DNA of 64,000 bases, from NCBI GenBank assembly GCA_964234715.1, contig OZ174278.1; one strand, given 5' to 3'. The position numbers were made by a program, and so were the translations under genes. The stretch is from Podarcis melisellensis (lineage: Eukaryota). Shown piece by piece: positions 36,601 through 50,486 of the stretch (position 1 is its first letter; the number at the start of each line of letters is the position of its first letter). A model generated the notes under the pieces. It ran no database searches. It had not been told where the DNA came from and saw only the letters and a list, made by a program, of their open reading frames with translations.

Positions 36601-39600
36601 AAACTGAGGGGGGAAACCCCTATTGAACCCATAGTCAGAAGTACCAAGTTTCATTAACAGTGTATTAAAGGCTGTGGAGAGAGAGGGAAACTATTTAGCC
36701 ATTAACCTAATGGTTTGGATTTATAAACCCTATTGCTATAAGATTCCATTGACGCCTGCTATGTGCTTGTTCTTGTTAATGAAAAAAAATCATTCTTTCT
36801 TAATTGTTACTGAAAAGATACTTAATCGGTTGAAGCAGAGTTTGACCACATTTTAATTAGCTGTGCAAATCAGTCAGGTGATGAGTTTCAATTTTGTACA
36901 TGCTATATCTGCTCTAGTGAGGAGGGGGGACCTTATTTGAGCTAAGTATGGATTTTTGTTGTTGTTGGTATCAGCCGCCAAGAATGCACCACCAGTTTTA
37001 AAGGTTGCTAATTACTTTCCAAGCTCAGTTTTAAATGCTGGTTCTTAACCTTTTTGAAGTCCTAAATGGCCTTTTATTATGCTACTTCAAGTGAGTGTCT
37101 CTTTCCACCTCATCTGGTGAAGGCTTCACTAGATGGGGCCAGTTTTCCATTGCATCATCATCATTTCTACAGCCTTAAGTGGGGACAGACTATCATCCTG
37201 GGATCAGAGACAAATGCTTCACACTGCTACTTTTTATATTTATGTGTTGGCACGTGTGAGGCATCTCCCCCATATGACCTGCTTTTAGACTTCAAGTAGG
37301 GATGTATTTCTTCCTTCAGGCCTATGGACATGGCTGACTTTTAAGAGTTGGCGTCTTCTGCTGCTGAATTGCTGTTTTATTATGCTTTCATGGTTTTTAT
37401 GTGGCACTGCTGTGTTATATTTTAATGAATTGTTTGTGTATTGCCTGAGAACCTTCAATGTGTTATATAGGCAATAAATAATAATTTTATCCACGCTTCT
37501 GATAATAATGGGATAAAATACTACCAATTGCCTGTACATAGAAATTATTCAAGACCTATTAACTTGACTGCAGCTGTTTTTCTAACCTGTGTAGCATGGA
37601 TTATAACTTTTTAAAATGTACTATTAGAAGTTACATGGTCAATATTTCACAGGAAAATGCTTCTGTCCTAATCTTCAGCTGTATAACTTGTTGCCTTTAA
37701 GATAAGAATATCTGAAGTTAGATGTGGGCTCTTTTGACTGGATTTTCACTTTAAGATTTCATTCCATATAGACTAACTTCGACAGTAAATGAATAGCACC
37801 ACATCCTTTATCACACCATCACACCACAACATCCTTATTTACATTGTTCTGTTTAAATGAAATAGTTAATTTCAGTAGAAAGTTTCAAAGAGTTTTCTGT
37901 GACACATACCTTTCCATGATCTTACCTTTTAGTAATGTAAAATCCATAAAAGAGTTAGGAAGTGGTTGAACAATGTTCTGAAATGTAAAAACTTGTAATA
38001 CTTGTTTTGAAATCTGTTTATTAGACCTCCGAATTAAAAAAAAGAAAGAAATCTGTTTTGAATACAAGACGTATAACCGTCCTGCCAAATTGTAGATAAG
38101 AACTGAGGGATTCATAAACATTATTAATGTTTTGGAAAGCCGCTTTTATGCTAAAGTATTTGGAATTCTGTACAAATGAGATAACAGTAGGTCTAAATGA
38201 CAAATTAAGGATTTTTTAAAAATCCCCAGCGTGTCTCTTGCAGTAATGGATTTATGGAGGAAGTATGTTTTAGTTGGATTTGTAATTAAGGTTTTTCCAT
38301 TAAAGGAAATAAAATCTATTCCTGTAGAGCAGTATCTTTCTGTTCAGAGTAGGTGGATTGAAAGAGTAGGAAAACTGAACAATTTTAATCCGATTTCCCT
38401 ATGACAAGCCAGTATTCAGAATGGCTTCCTGTAGTGTAAAGTTCAAAGATTAAACATTGTTTGTTTTGCTAATCTTCAGTATATTCTGACTTTTAGCAAT
38501 TAAGAAGTGAATAAATTATTCCACTTCTCAGGGTAATATACAATACATATAAAGGAACCAAGTGAGTGAGGGTTTTTTACCTGAATAAATGAATCTGGTG
38601 CAAGATAAATATTGAAATGTATGTATATTTCACATGGAGTCCTAAATTACTGGTTATTAGTGGTGACCTAAGCAAGATCAGAGACTAACAGCTTCCTACT
38701 ATAGTTACTTTTTCAATAGCTTCTAAAGAGTTCATCCTTAGCCATAACTCCTGGAGTAAGTTGATAAATGCTATCAAAATTAATTTTGGTTACAGCAGTG
38801 CGTTTTCTAATTTAATTCAGGGACTCAGATTTTCAAAGCAACAATTGGATTCCACCCCACATGTATTTCATTTTAAAATACTATGAACCTTCTCCAACAG
38901 CTTTATATATTTTGGTTAAAGCCTGGCTTTGCCTGTTAGTCACAAGGTACTGGGATGACCGTTATCTGTTAGAGACTGTGGGACATTCTCCATCCTTTGG
39001 GCTTCCCTCTTCCATGCATTAAGGAGGCAGAGACAGCTTGCTGAGAGGTCCTTACCTTCCTGCCACTAAGAGCGAAGCAGGTTTTGCTTGTGCTATTTTG
39101 TGCTCTTTCTCGCACTCTGTCTCTCTCCTCTACTTTCCCTTCCATACCTGCATGGGCTAGCCCAGTTACAGAAACCTTTTCTGGTAAATTGCTGGTTTCA
39201 CTTGGTACCCTTAAGGGAGAAAGGGGGCGTCTCCAGGGGAAGAGGCAGAACAACCAGAGACTTCATTGAACAAGCTCTTCCCTATAGAGCTTTTTCTCAC
39301 AGCCCTTGGCTAAAGTTGTGTCCACCTCACAGTTTACCCCCCGTTCTCAGAAAGGAGCAATGACCGCATCTTCTCTGCCAAAGGGGTCAGAATGGACCAG
39401 TCCGCTCATGCCAGTGTCAATTCATTGTACAATCAAGTTCTCTTCCCTACAAAAGACCACCACGAATTCAATACATTTCTGGTGCACTTACCTGTGGGAA
39501 TCTTTTTTTCATGACAATAATACCTGCTGGAGGTGAAGGCTTAAGGGTGCTTGTGATAAGCATGTGGAAGCAGCCCACCCCAAAAAGGCTTCAGGGCCTC

Positions 39601-40039
39601 TTTACCTACACTAAGGTTTTCTGTCATATAAATGTGTTTATTTGCTAGAGCTACCTACCTCTGGGCCAGCCAAAGATGGGCTAAATACTCTCAACAACAT
39701 TGTTGCTGGATATTGTACAAAACTCTAGAATATCTTGCTCTGACACTGGGAGGCTGATCCAAGATTCAGTATTGGTTTCTGGGCATGTCTTTTCCTGGGT
39801 TAAGATATTCGGCAAAACCTTAGAGGAAGAGTGGCCCTCCATTTGTTATTGAACTACAACTTCTGTATTTGGTGGTTTTATATTCTGATATTATCCTGTG
39901 AATAATGGTGATTATGATGATGATGATACAACTGTCATCAACCCCAGCCAGCATTGGCAATAGACAGATGGTGGCAGCTGTAATCCAGTAACATCAGGAG
40001 AGCTACAGATTAGCCGTCCCTGCCTAGTGACAGTGTTAG

Positions 40040-40350
40040 TCAAGACCAAAACCAGCTTTTTGGCCAGATGTGCAGCTGCTGGTTAAAAATTGGTCCCTGG
40101 TACATGACTTGATGGTGAGCGATATTTTTCCATGGATGTTGTGAGTAGCTCTGCTCTAGGAACCAATACCATTCTCCTGCCTTCTTGAGGATCTTTGTCA
40201 CCAGGTAAAAGGGAGGAATGGCATAGAGTAGACCTCCAGGCCAATCCTGGTTTAGAATGTTTGTTTCTTCTGAATCCATACACATTGGGTATTTTGACTT
40301 GGCTTTGGGAGACTTAAATAGGTACCTAACAACGCCACCACCAAGTTAAA
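40040..40350 (-). mobile_element. DIRS1-like retrotransposon relic
   Basis: Peptide QDWPGGLLYAIPPFYLVTKILKK resembles the W..gllYaFPP..L...vL.K block downstream of RNase H in DIRS1 pol. Confidence 0.55.
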
Positions 40351-40489
40351 TAATTTAAGTTCTGAGTAGCATTGTTGTTGGTGGTTAGCTGGTGAATGAT
40401 TCATGACAGTACCTAAACTTTATCCATGGGGATTGACACTGGGGTCCTACCTTTTTGCTTAATTGCAAATAGTGACAGAAAGGGGCAGG

Positions 40490-40715
40490 ATGAATTGGTT
40501 TGAAGTTTTAGGTTTGACTTGTAAATCTCTAAAACAAGTTGATGAGCTTGTGCTGCAACCTGTAGAAAACTATTTGGTGGCAACAAGAGGGAGAACATTC
40601 TTGGTAAAGACACCTACTGTTTGGAATTGCCTTCCCTCTGAATTAAGGCAGACACATCATTGATGACAATTTGGTATCTGCTAAAACTTACTTATTCTCT
40701 CAGGCCTTTGCTGGA
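40490..40715 (+). mobile_element. L2-like ORF2 3' relic
   Basis: ...TRGRTFLVKTPTVWNCLPSELRQ resembles L2 RAFSV.AP.LWNSLP. Confidence 0.6.
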
Positions 40716-41622
40716 TGTTAATACCAATTGACCGTAATAACATCATACCTAGAGTATCAGAGGAAGGGTAGAGCACTTCATCCATTCTTCATCAGCCTGC
40801 ACACTCACCTGTATAGAATTCTTGATCGCTTATGGCTTCCAGACTAGTGCTTAAATACAAGTATGAGCTAACATGCTTTTATCCACGTTATTTAATATTA
40901 ACCTAGTACATTTCAAAGAAACTTTTAGTATTTATTACATTTCAAAAATAAATTTTTAAAAGTTGATTTTGTTGATTTTATATAGTATAGATTATTTCCC
41001 ATGCTGCATCAGGAACAGGAAAAAGAATTAGGAACTAAAAACTTGCAATGAAACTTGAGTCCAGAATTCAGGCACATTCAGGGATGTGTTGCCATTTTTA
41101 GATGAAGGGCCATGGTAAAATCTAATAACTACAATTTATGATGTAGCGGCTACAATGTATCTTTTAAACTGCATGGATTAGAGAAGAATGAGCCACGATG
41201 GAGCAAAAAGCAGCTTGTTCTGTGAATTATGTTGCAGCGAGGAACAGGTGAATTCAAGTGAAATACAAAATAGTTCATCATAGAAAACAATAAGGAGCAA
41301 TTTTTTGATTCTCTCGCTTTCTTTTGCCCAATCTCATCATAAAACTCCCATTTCATTCCACAGTTCTAAAAACTGCTAATGATTGATATGATCGTAGTGC
41401 TGTCATTCTTAACAAAAAGTCACTTTTGTTCTAGGTATTTTAATAGATTCCCATTAAACATGTATTGCTGACTGAAATATTGGCATGAAGGGCTCTCACT
41501 GGGCTGAGCCCGGGAATTAAGAAGTCAGGAAATCAGCTGCTGCCTTGCAAAAGAGCCTTGTGTGACACAGGATCTCCTGATTGGGGGGATCATTACTGCT
41601 ATTATGACTCTACTTGCGTAGG

Positions 41623-41924
41623 NNNNNNNNNNNNNNNNNNNNNNNNNNNNNNNNNNNNNNNNNNNNNNNNNNNNNNNNNNNNNNNNNNNNNNNNNNNNNN
41701 NNNNNNNNNNNNNNNNNNNNNNNNNNNNNNNNNNNNNNNNNNNNNNNNNNNNNNNNNNNNNNNNNNNNNNNNNNNNNNNNNNNNNNNNNNNNNNNNNNNN
41801 NNNNNNNNNNNNNNNNNNNNNNNNNNNNNNNNNNNNNNNNNNNNNNNNNNNNNNNNNNNNNNNNNNNNNNNNNNNNNNNNNNNNNNNNNNNNNNNNNNNN
41901 NNNNNNNNNNNNNNNNNNNNNNNN
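41623..41924. other. N-run, 302 nt
   Basis: Direct reading. Confidence 1.
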
Positions 41925-42795
41925 GCAGGTGTTTCTGTGAAATATGATAACTGCCAACTGATTTATTAATGAATTTAGCAAGCCTTCATAACCTATTCCC
42001 TAACTGTTGGCACTTAAAAGTGATTTTCTATTGGAATAGGTAATATTAATATTACGCCTGTCACTAGATGAACTTTTACTTGTCTTGTGACCCTCTTGTA
42101 ATTGCCTATATTTGCTGCTGCCCTTGTGAACAATTGAAAATATTCCCCATAATGAATCATTAGTTTCGCTAACAGGACTAACTCTATCAGAAATGTCTTC
42201 CCATTTACCAATCTATGACATTCAGGGGACTAGAAATAATAATACTGTATTAAAAAACCAAAAAATAATATATCAAATTGCCTGGCCAGCTTTTGGGATA
42301 AAAAAGTTATAATTTCATTATAGTCAGTTAATAACTGATATTTTTCTTAAAAGTATAAGCTATTCTCCATGTACAGACATGTTTGTGTGTGTGTGTGTGT
42401 GCATGTGTGTGCATAGTACATATAACAAACTAGTTGGTATTTTGCTGTCTTTTAGAAGTATAAATTTTAGCCTAAGCTTCACACAACCCAAACATTCTGA
42501 CTTCTAGGGGGACAAGGTTGGGTAGTATTGCACCCTGTTCGTCTCTAGGAAAGAAGAAAGTAAATATATCTGTGCTACATTGTTTTAAGCGAGTTCTGTT
42601 TTCATGCTTTGCTTTTTGTAATGTTGTGAGCAGGACACAGTGTTGCATTACCATGGTCAAACATTGATTTGGTAGCTGTATCGCCTTATTTTGTAAATCC
42701 AGAGATCTAAAGCTTACTCCCTGACTGGTATATGGTAATATACTATTTTGTAATATGATCTCATCAGAATCAATCTTTTCTTCTCCTTCTTCCAG

Positions 42796-42828
42796 ATTTT
42801 GATGCATACTAAGGAGCTGGTACAGAAG
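42796..42828 (+). CDS. POLA1: POLA1 33-nt micro-exon (~27): ILMHTKELVQK
   Basis: Strong pyrimidine tract + ccag, gtagta donor; supplies the residues missing between KGRE and MNLEV. Confidence 0.93.
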
Positions 42829-44544
42829 GTAGTAACATTTTTTATTATTATTATATAGCAACCCTTAAATAGAATATCTAGTGACTTATTTTAAAAAAAA
42901 AAATTATGAAAATAGTAGCCCAAATAATCGAAGTCACTTCTTGGGATGTCTAGTTTACAAATGCTATCCTTCCTAGTGGATTATAGCTCCCCCTCCTTTT
43001 GTGGGAAGGGGGAAAGCAGATGTGATCTAATCCCTGCTTGAAGCCTATGTTTGAGTATTTTGGACAAATTAGTAACAGTGCTAATTAGAGTTTAGTCACA
43101 GGCCAGTAACTATGTGTTCTAATGTCCTTTTTTGGGGGACTGATACCCCCACCCCTTTCCTCTCTGTCTTGTAGTCTAGGAATACAATATTTTATTTTCT
43201 ATGGGTAGGCTCAAAGGATCTGTGAGAAGAAATAAAATAACAGCTTGTGGTGTTCTGTGACCACTTGCATATGAGTTGGTGCAAACAGTACTGCAGTCGT
43301 ATTCTATTTGCAGAAGTTATGCAGGTAGAAAGCACCTTTGGGTTCTCCTTTTCACTTTTGTCATGCAGTGTGTTAGCATGAGGTGTAAAACAGGGTTGTA
43401 TTTAACATTGCTGTTTCAGCAGACTTCTGCTTGCTCAGTGAAATTTCCCCCTCCCCCTCTTGCACATCCTCAAAATCTGGTCCAGAGGGTTGGAGGACCC
43501 TCCAGAGCAGATTTTGAGAGCCTGTTAGGCAAAGAGCAGAAGAGGAAGTCTCATTGTGTAAGCAGAATTCTGCACGCGCAGCATTGGATGCAGGCCAGGG
43601 GCAATGGCTTTACAAAATGACGCAAGTCTCTTGTGCCTGCCCTGCAAAGAATCCTACATGGCAAATACAAACCAGTTGTCCCATTAAGATGTAATAGCAG
43701 ACTGTGCTATTAGGAGCTAGCTAATTAAACAGTGTATATGGGAAGGAGGGAACGCTCAAGTACAGGGCTCATTCCATGTACCACGAACCATGGTTTTTGG
43801 TACACGTGAAGCAACCCACTGTAGAAAGACAAATAATATTTTGTGTGAACAGAACCAATGTCAGTACAATGGCTACAAGGAGGACTTGCAATAAAATGTT
43901 GCTGCTCAGATTTCTAGACATTCCATTCCTACTCTTCCCTCCCAGTTTTGGGGTTCCCCTCAACCATTTATCAGAATTCTATATCCACTCAGCATACTCC
44001 GTACTCACTGGGTTGTGTGTTTGTGTTTTACTATTTGTCTTTCTGTAGTGGGTTGCTTCACATGTACCATAAACTATATATGCTTTCTGTAGCAATCATG
44101 TACATATACCGTAAATTTCGCTCCATAACACGCAGATTTTTCCTCCTAGAAAGTAAGGGGAAATGTCTGTGCGTGTTATGGAGCGAATGCCTAGAGATGG
44201 CGGGGGAATCTGCTGCAGTTGTGAGCTGTCGGTGGCTCGCTTTGAAACAGCAAAGCGGGTGTAAGCGGCTCCTGTCAGCGAGCTGAGCTGGGGAGGAGGG
44301 AGAGAAGCAGAGCGGGCTTGGCTGCTTTACCCCGTCCTCTTTAAAACAACCTCTCTCCTCCCCACTGAGCTGCTAAGTAGCTGCAAAGCTTTTCAGCCAG
44401 CCTAGCCGGGAGGAGGGAGAGAAGCAAAGCGGGGTTGGCTTCTTTAAAACAACCCCGTGCTCTCTGTCCCTGCCTGCAGTTTTTTGCTGTCCGATGTTGG
44501 ATTAGCCACTATAGGGGCTGTGTGTGTGTGCTTGAGCTATCGTT

Positions 44545-44603
44545 CTCCTCCTCCTGCTTCCCTTTCACTCTCCCTGCGCTCTCCCTCCGACTTTAGAATT
44601 GAC

Positions 44604-44655
<52 letters not shown>

Positions 44656-44725
44656 GGCTCCTTCTCCTCCTCCTGCTTCCCGTTCACTCTCCCTGCGCTC
44701 TCCCTCCGACTTTAGAATTGACACT

Positions 44726-44764
<39 letters not shown>

Positions 44765-44944
44765 GGGGGGGGCTCCTTCTCCTCCTCCTGCTTCCCGTTC
44801 ACTCTCCCTGCGCTCTCCCTCCGACTTTAGAATTGACACTCTGTGTGTCTGTGTGTGTGAGAGAGGGCTCCTTCTCCTTCTCTTGCTTCCCGTTCACTCC
44901 CTCAGAATGCCTGTGACTTCCAGCGCCCTGCAACTTTAGGGCCA

Positions 44945-45012
<68 letters not shown>

Positions 45013-45015
45013 TGT
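44545..45015. repeat. ~115-120-bp unit x3 with embedded (TG)n(AG)n, followed by (TC)n(TG)n
   Basis: ctccctgcgctctccctccgactttagaattgacactctg occurs three times. Confidence 0.9.
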
Positions 45016-45250
45016 TTTGACCTCACTGCGCTTGTTGGGGGAGAGTGTTGGTCGTAATTTTTCTTGATTTCTCTCAGAGTGGTTACTATCATGGTTTCCT
45101 TGCCGGGGAGGAGGGAGAGACGCAGAGCCTGCTTGTTCTAATGGAGCAACGCCAGAGAGGAGCCTCTCCTGCATTATCAGCAGCATCCTTCTCCACACCC
45201 CCCCACGCGTGCTCCTTGTCCCTTGAGTTCTTTTCCTTCCCTCCCCACTT

Positions 45251-45690
45251 AAAACGTGTTTACAAAGCACGGATCCACATGGATCCTCAGGATTTTTGCA
45301 CTAGGTCACCCCAAATTCACCATCAGATCACATAGCATATCCATGGCTACAGCCTGCACCAAAAAACACCCACACCCACTGTTTCATGGGGCCGCAAAGG
45401 TGCAAAAACGTGGTTACAAAGCATGGATCCACATGGATCCTCAGGATTTTTGCACTAGGTCACCCCAAATTCACCATCAGATCACATAGCATATCCATGG
45501 CTACAGCCTGCACCAAAAAACACACGCACCCACTGTTTCATGGGGCCGCAATGGTGCAAAAACGTGGTTACAAAGCATGGATCCACATGGATCCTCAAGA
45601 TTTTTGCATTGGGCTACCCCAAACTCACCGTCAGATCACATGTCTGTGGCCACAGCATGAACCACAAAAATCATACATCCACTGTTTCGT
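45251..45690. repeat. 154-bp tandem repeat, ~2.8 copies
   Basis: aaaacgtg..ggatccacatggatcctc at 45251, 45405, 45559. Confidence 0.92.
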
Positions 45691-45895
45691 TTAGAATATT
45701 TTTTTCTTGTTTTCCTCCTCTAAAAACTACGTGCGTGTTATGGTCAGGTGCGTGTTATAGAGCGAAAAATACGGTATATGGCAGCTACTTTCTGCTCCTC
45801 TTGTCAAAGATGTTATGTTAGATTTCTGACACGTCAGTTTTCAGTGTCCAAACCATGGTGTGTAATTTATGTTACTTTCCTTATGCCCTCCCTAG

Positions 45896-45994
<99 letters not shown>

Positions 45995-48781
45995 TAATTT
46001 TAAGCTTTGTTGTAGCACCATACATTTCTTTGTTGCAGTTTTATATTGCTAAGAATCCTTGTTTTAGTACAACTAGTGAACAGCAACCTTGTTAGCACCT
46101 GCAAGCTTAATACTTGGTAGTTGATAGAGAATGTTTATGAAAATGCTTCTTTGTAAAAAAAAATTGTATTAACATATGCCAGTGTTTCTCAAATTGTTGA
46201 TCCCTGCTTGTCTTTTTTCCACAATGACATTTCCACCCCTACTTTAAAATTTTTTTCTGCATTTAGCATAATTTGAATTGCTGTAATATGGCCTGTTAAT
46301 GGCTTCCCACAAGGATATATTTTCTTAACATATGCTTTGCAAGGTACATATAAGGTTGATACTTTGTTTAATAAGTAATGTGGTAGTCTTCTTAATTTCA
46401 CATAGCACATCTTGGGATGTCTGTATACCATTTGTGTTAGAAAGGTAACCCAAATGTTGTCATATATGGAATATTCTGTTATGTGGCGATACTATTCTCC
46501 CCATAATTCTTTTGATTAATAGATCCCCCTCACTCTCTCTAGCTGATAGAGACAGACCCTCTGAATACCCTCTAGATCACGTGATCAAATGCTTCTATGC
46601 TAAAGACAGCTGGTGTCTTATTTTATATTATTTATGACTACATTAATTTGGTAACCATGTTTTGTTTATCTGTTTATTTTTAATTAAAATCTTGTGGCTC
46701 CTGGGGGGTATTATTTAACATCAGGATGACACCTTGCACCTGGATTTACACATGATCCAGACCCCCAAGGGAAAGGCAACGCTGCTCACCCAGACAGCTC
46801 ACAGAGCAATAGGTTGTGCAGAGCTCCTGGTAGCTCAGTATTCCAAGCTTTGATCTTTTCACAGGCTGAGGCATTTAGCAAGCACCGGACCACAGCTGGT
46901 GTGGCTGACCTGCCTGTTTGACAGAGTTGGGACATCCTGTTAGACAAGCAGCAAGGCAAGGGAAAGAGCTGCAGAGAGACTTTCTAGACAACTGCAGCAA
47001 ACCCTTGCATGCCAAAGGTTCCAGGTTCAATTCCTGGTGTCTCTGTGTGGGGCTAAGGCAGCAACTTAGAGGTGTTGCCATGCTATTCCATGGAGACAGG
47101 ACTGAGCTGGATGGGCCCATGTTCTGACTTCCACATGAAGCAGCTTTCTGTGTTTCTAATGCTGGCTAGTAGGGACAGGTGCAACAGTGCCAGGTGAAAG
47201 GAGAACTTTGGCGTCATCCCAACTCCTTCCCCTCCTGCTCCTTATAGGACTGGGAAGGGTGAATGCTATGGGACTGCCATCCTCCCAAGTACACAGAAAC
47301 TCTGGGCTGCTGAAAATGCCAGCTCTTAGGAAGAGACTGAGACCACATCCTCTTGATGCACTCGAGGCAAAAATCCCACAAGGAGATGCTTTCTCATTAA
47401 ACCCAGTTTTGTGTCAAACAACGGGGGTTAACTCTTATCAATCCCATCAGTCTTGCCAAACCTCATTGGAGATCCCAGTTCATGTGGTGGGTACTTGTCC
47501 TTGTTGTTCTTAACAGGTGGGGAGGGGGTTGTGCCTTTGGGGGCAGATGGTAGATCCTAGGCACACTCCTCTGAGCAAGCCCAAGCCCAAGCATAAGCAG
47601 GGGCTGTAGGTTCTTAACTCAAAGCTCCTCTTCAAACAGCCTTTCTTCTCCCTGGTCCTCATCCTCTGTTGCTGCCACACTGGAAGCACCATGGGTCCAA
47701 TCACACAAAACCATGATTTTAAGACCATCTTTGGGAGCATTGGCAAAGGTGGTTTCCAAAACCACCCCTTTGGGATTGCTTCTGTGGCTTGGACTCGGGG
47801 CTTTTAAACAACTAAATTCTTGACTCTGCCAGCCAGGAATATATTTTCCTTTTATTTTCTCCACACTGTTAGCAAAGGTGTACTTTACAACCTATTTCAG
47901 AACCCTAACCCCTATGCTTCCCAAAGAGGCCGCAACAGTTTTATTTCAAGGGCCTTCTAAGCCTAAGGTTACCTTTCCTGGATTTTAAAAAAAGACATGG
48001 AAGGCAGGGTGGGTAAATCCATCTTTCTGGATTTACTTAACAAATATATTTAATTTTTGCTGATTAATACCATGTAGCTACTGAAGGTGCCAGTGGTAGG
48101 TGCCCCGAGAGCCACATTTATTTCTACTACAGTCATTCCTGCAGAAAACCCTTTTATAGCTTAGTTATATTCAATGTGAGACTTTAATATATATAGTATA
48201 AGGTTGGGAGAGAAGAGAGAGCTGAATGAGTTTCCATCGTAGTACCGCCAGCACCAGTATGCCTGCTCATACCACCTAGGCTGCCTGAGAAAGTTCTCGG
48301 CAAACATCCCCTCAAAATTCCACAATGCACAAGAGATCATCTGCTCTTCCTGTTCAGTTCCTGCTTGCACACATTTCATCGGATGCCAGGATTGGACACC
48401 CAGCCCTCCCTGCCCTTCTGAACAGAGGAGCGGTGCAGTGAGCTGCCCTTTGTGAGAGAACGTGTTGGTGGCTGGTGTGGGTGCCTTTTTTTTGCATATG
48501 TGCCTTTTGATGGGGAGGGCATACCCACATTTATTTTGTGGTCTTGTCTCTTGAGGCCCTTTTCAATGTGGCAGCCATTTTTGTTTTGTCTCTCACACAG
48601 TAGACCTTTGGTGACTGGCACTCACAGCACTTTCTCCAAATGCCAACCCATGGTCAGTAGTATGGAATTCATTTTTTTTCACAACTGCTGCACACTGTGG
48701 CAACATTTTCATTGTCACTGTTAATAGCCATACTGGCAGATACGCTTGAGGTAGTGGAACATGGGACTATTAGCAGTGTTC

Positions 48782-48782
<1 letters not shown>

Positions 48783-48826
<44 letters not shown>

Positions 48827-48843
48827 TGAGAGAGAGAGAGAGA
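48783..48843. repeat. (TG)n(AG)n compound microsatellite
   Basis: Direct reading. Confidence 0.95.
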
Positions 48844-49010
48844 TATGTTATTGTTGTTTTAAAGATTCTGTGGTAAATAGGACTAAGAGTACTTTAATCT
48901 CGGTACAAAGTCTGGGGTTTGCTATCACTATAAAATCGTGGCAAATGACACTCACATATATAGTGCTACCTCAGTTTCCAAAGTATTTTTCTCTGTGGTA
49001 AAGAAAGTGA

Positions 49011-49244
<234 letters not shown>

Positions 49245-50486
49245 TAAGTTACTTTCTTAGATCACTCACCATGGCTGCTGTGTAGATCCACTAGCTGTTT
49301 ACCCAAAGCAAGTGACAACTCTGTATCATAATTCTGTCCCAAAGGCTATCATCTTAAGCACACTTATTTAGAAGCAAGGTTTACTGAAATAGCAGGATTT
49401 ACTTTTAAATAAACATGTTTTAGATCAAAGGTGGTGCTTTACAGAAGGTTATTCCAAGACGGGTGGATTCAGCTACCACGCAAACTGATTCAGTCAAATT
49501 GGAACCGATTTAAATGCTTGACCTCATAGTAAATTAAGAGGCAGCATGATGGAGCGGTTAATGTCAGATGAAATGGGAAAGGACCTATGTGCACTGTCCT
49601 GATTTCCTTGGGGGGAAATGCAGGATATAATCTAACAAAATATGAATAGATAATGTGTGTTTGTCATCTTTTCTGGTCTAAGTTTTCTTCCTGCGTTTTC
49701 CTGTTAGGCAGAAATGACTCTGGGAAAAGTGATGTGTTTGTGTCTGTGTGTGTGTTTGCAAATATGTGGTGTGTGTGCGCGCATGCACACACCTCCCCCC
49801 CCCCATCTTGGATTTTGCTGTTATCTACAATTCACAGCTGCTTTTAAATAGAAAAATGTTGGTTTGCATCCAGTGGTGGCGCTTGGCTGATGGTAAGGCT
49901 TCCTTTGGCAGGATAGGGAGGAAAGCAATTTTCAGCGATTCCCAGATCTCCGTGTAGCCTCTGCACCTCTCCTCCTCCAAAATCTGTTATGGAGGGTTGT
50001 GTTTTTCAGGGGCAGAGGTTACTGAATTAAGCCTCTGATGGAAGCCTTACCATAAGTCGAGCAACGTAATTGGATATAACACACTGTTAATGAAATAAAG
50101 GTTTTAGAGGGGCCAGGAGGGAGGCGCACTTTATCAAATTCACCCTTTTCTAAGGAGGAAAGCAATAGTGTTTTGCTGTCTTAGCACCTACAAATGGGGA
50201 CTGCTATTTGATTCGGAAATCCCCTAGCTTTTGAGTTCACACTACTCATAGCACCTTTAATTAGAATTGCCTTACCAAAAGTAGCAGGGAGCTTTCTTAC
50301 ACAGGTCATCCTGACGTCTGGGTACAAGAGGGAAAGCTCAGTGGTAGGGAATTAAGGAGGGACTGTTAGTTCTGCCGCCATCCAGGTGATGTTTGCAGCA
50401 TTACTCATCAGTATTCCCTCCATGACAGAAGATATGGGGAGCCTGCCCCCACCCCCTCTTAGCTCCTTGGTAATCTGTGGTGTGGT

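Larger units (their letters stand above)
44109..45774. mobile_element. 1.67-kb non-autonomous Tc2/pogo-like (CCGTA-ended) element with tandem-repeat cargo
   Basis: TIR CCGTAAATTTCGCTCCATAACACGCA / TGCGTGTTATAGAGCGAAAAATACGG; TA flanks; subterminal TGCGTGTTAT repeats. Confidence 0.87.

Noticed and set aside
41558-41981. ORFs spanning N-runs (also 61579-62148)
   Set aside because: Artefacts of translating Ns
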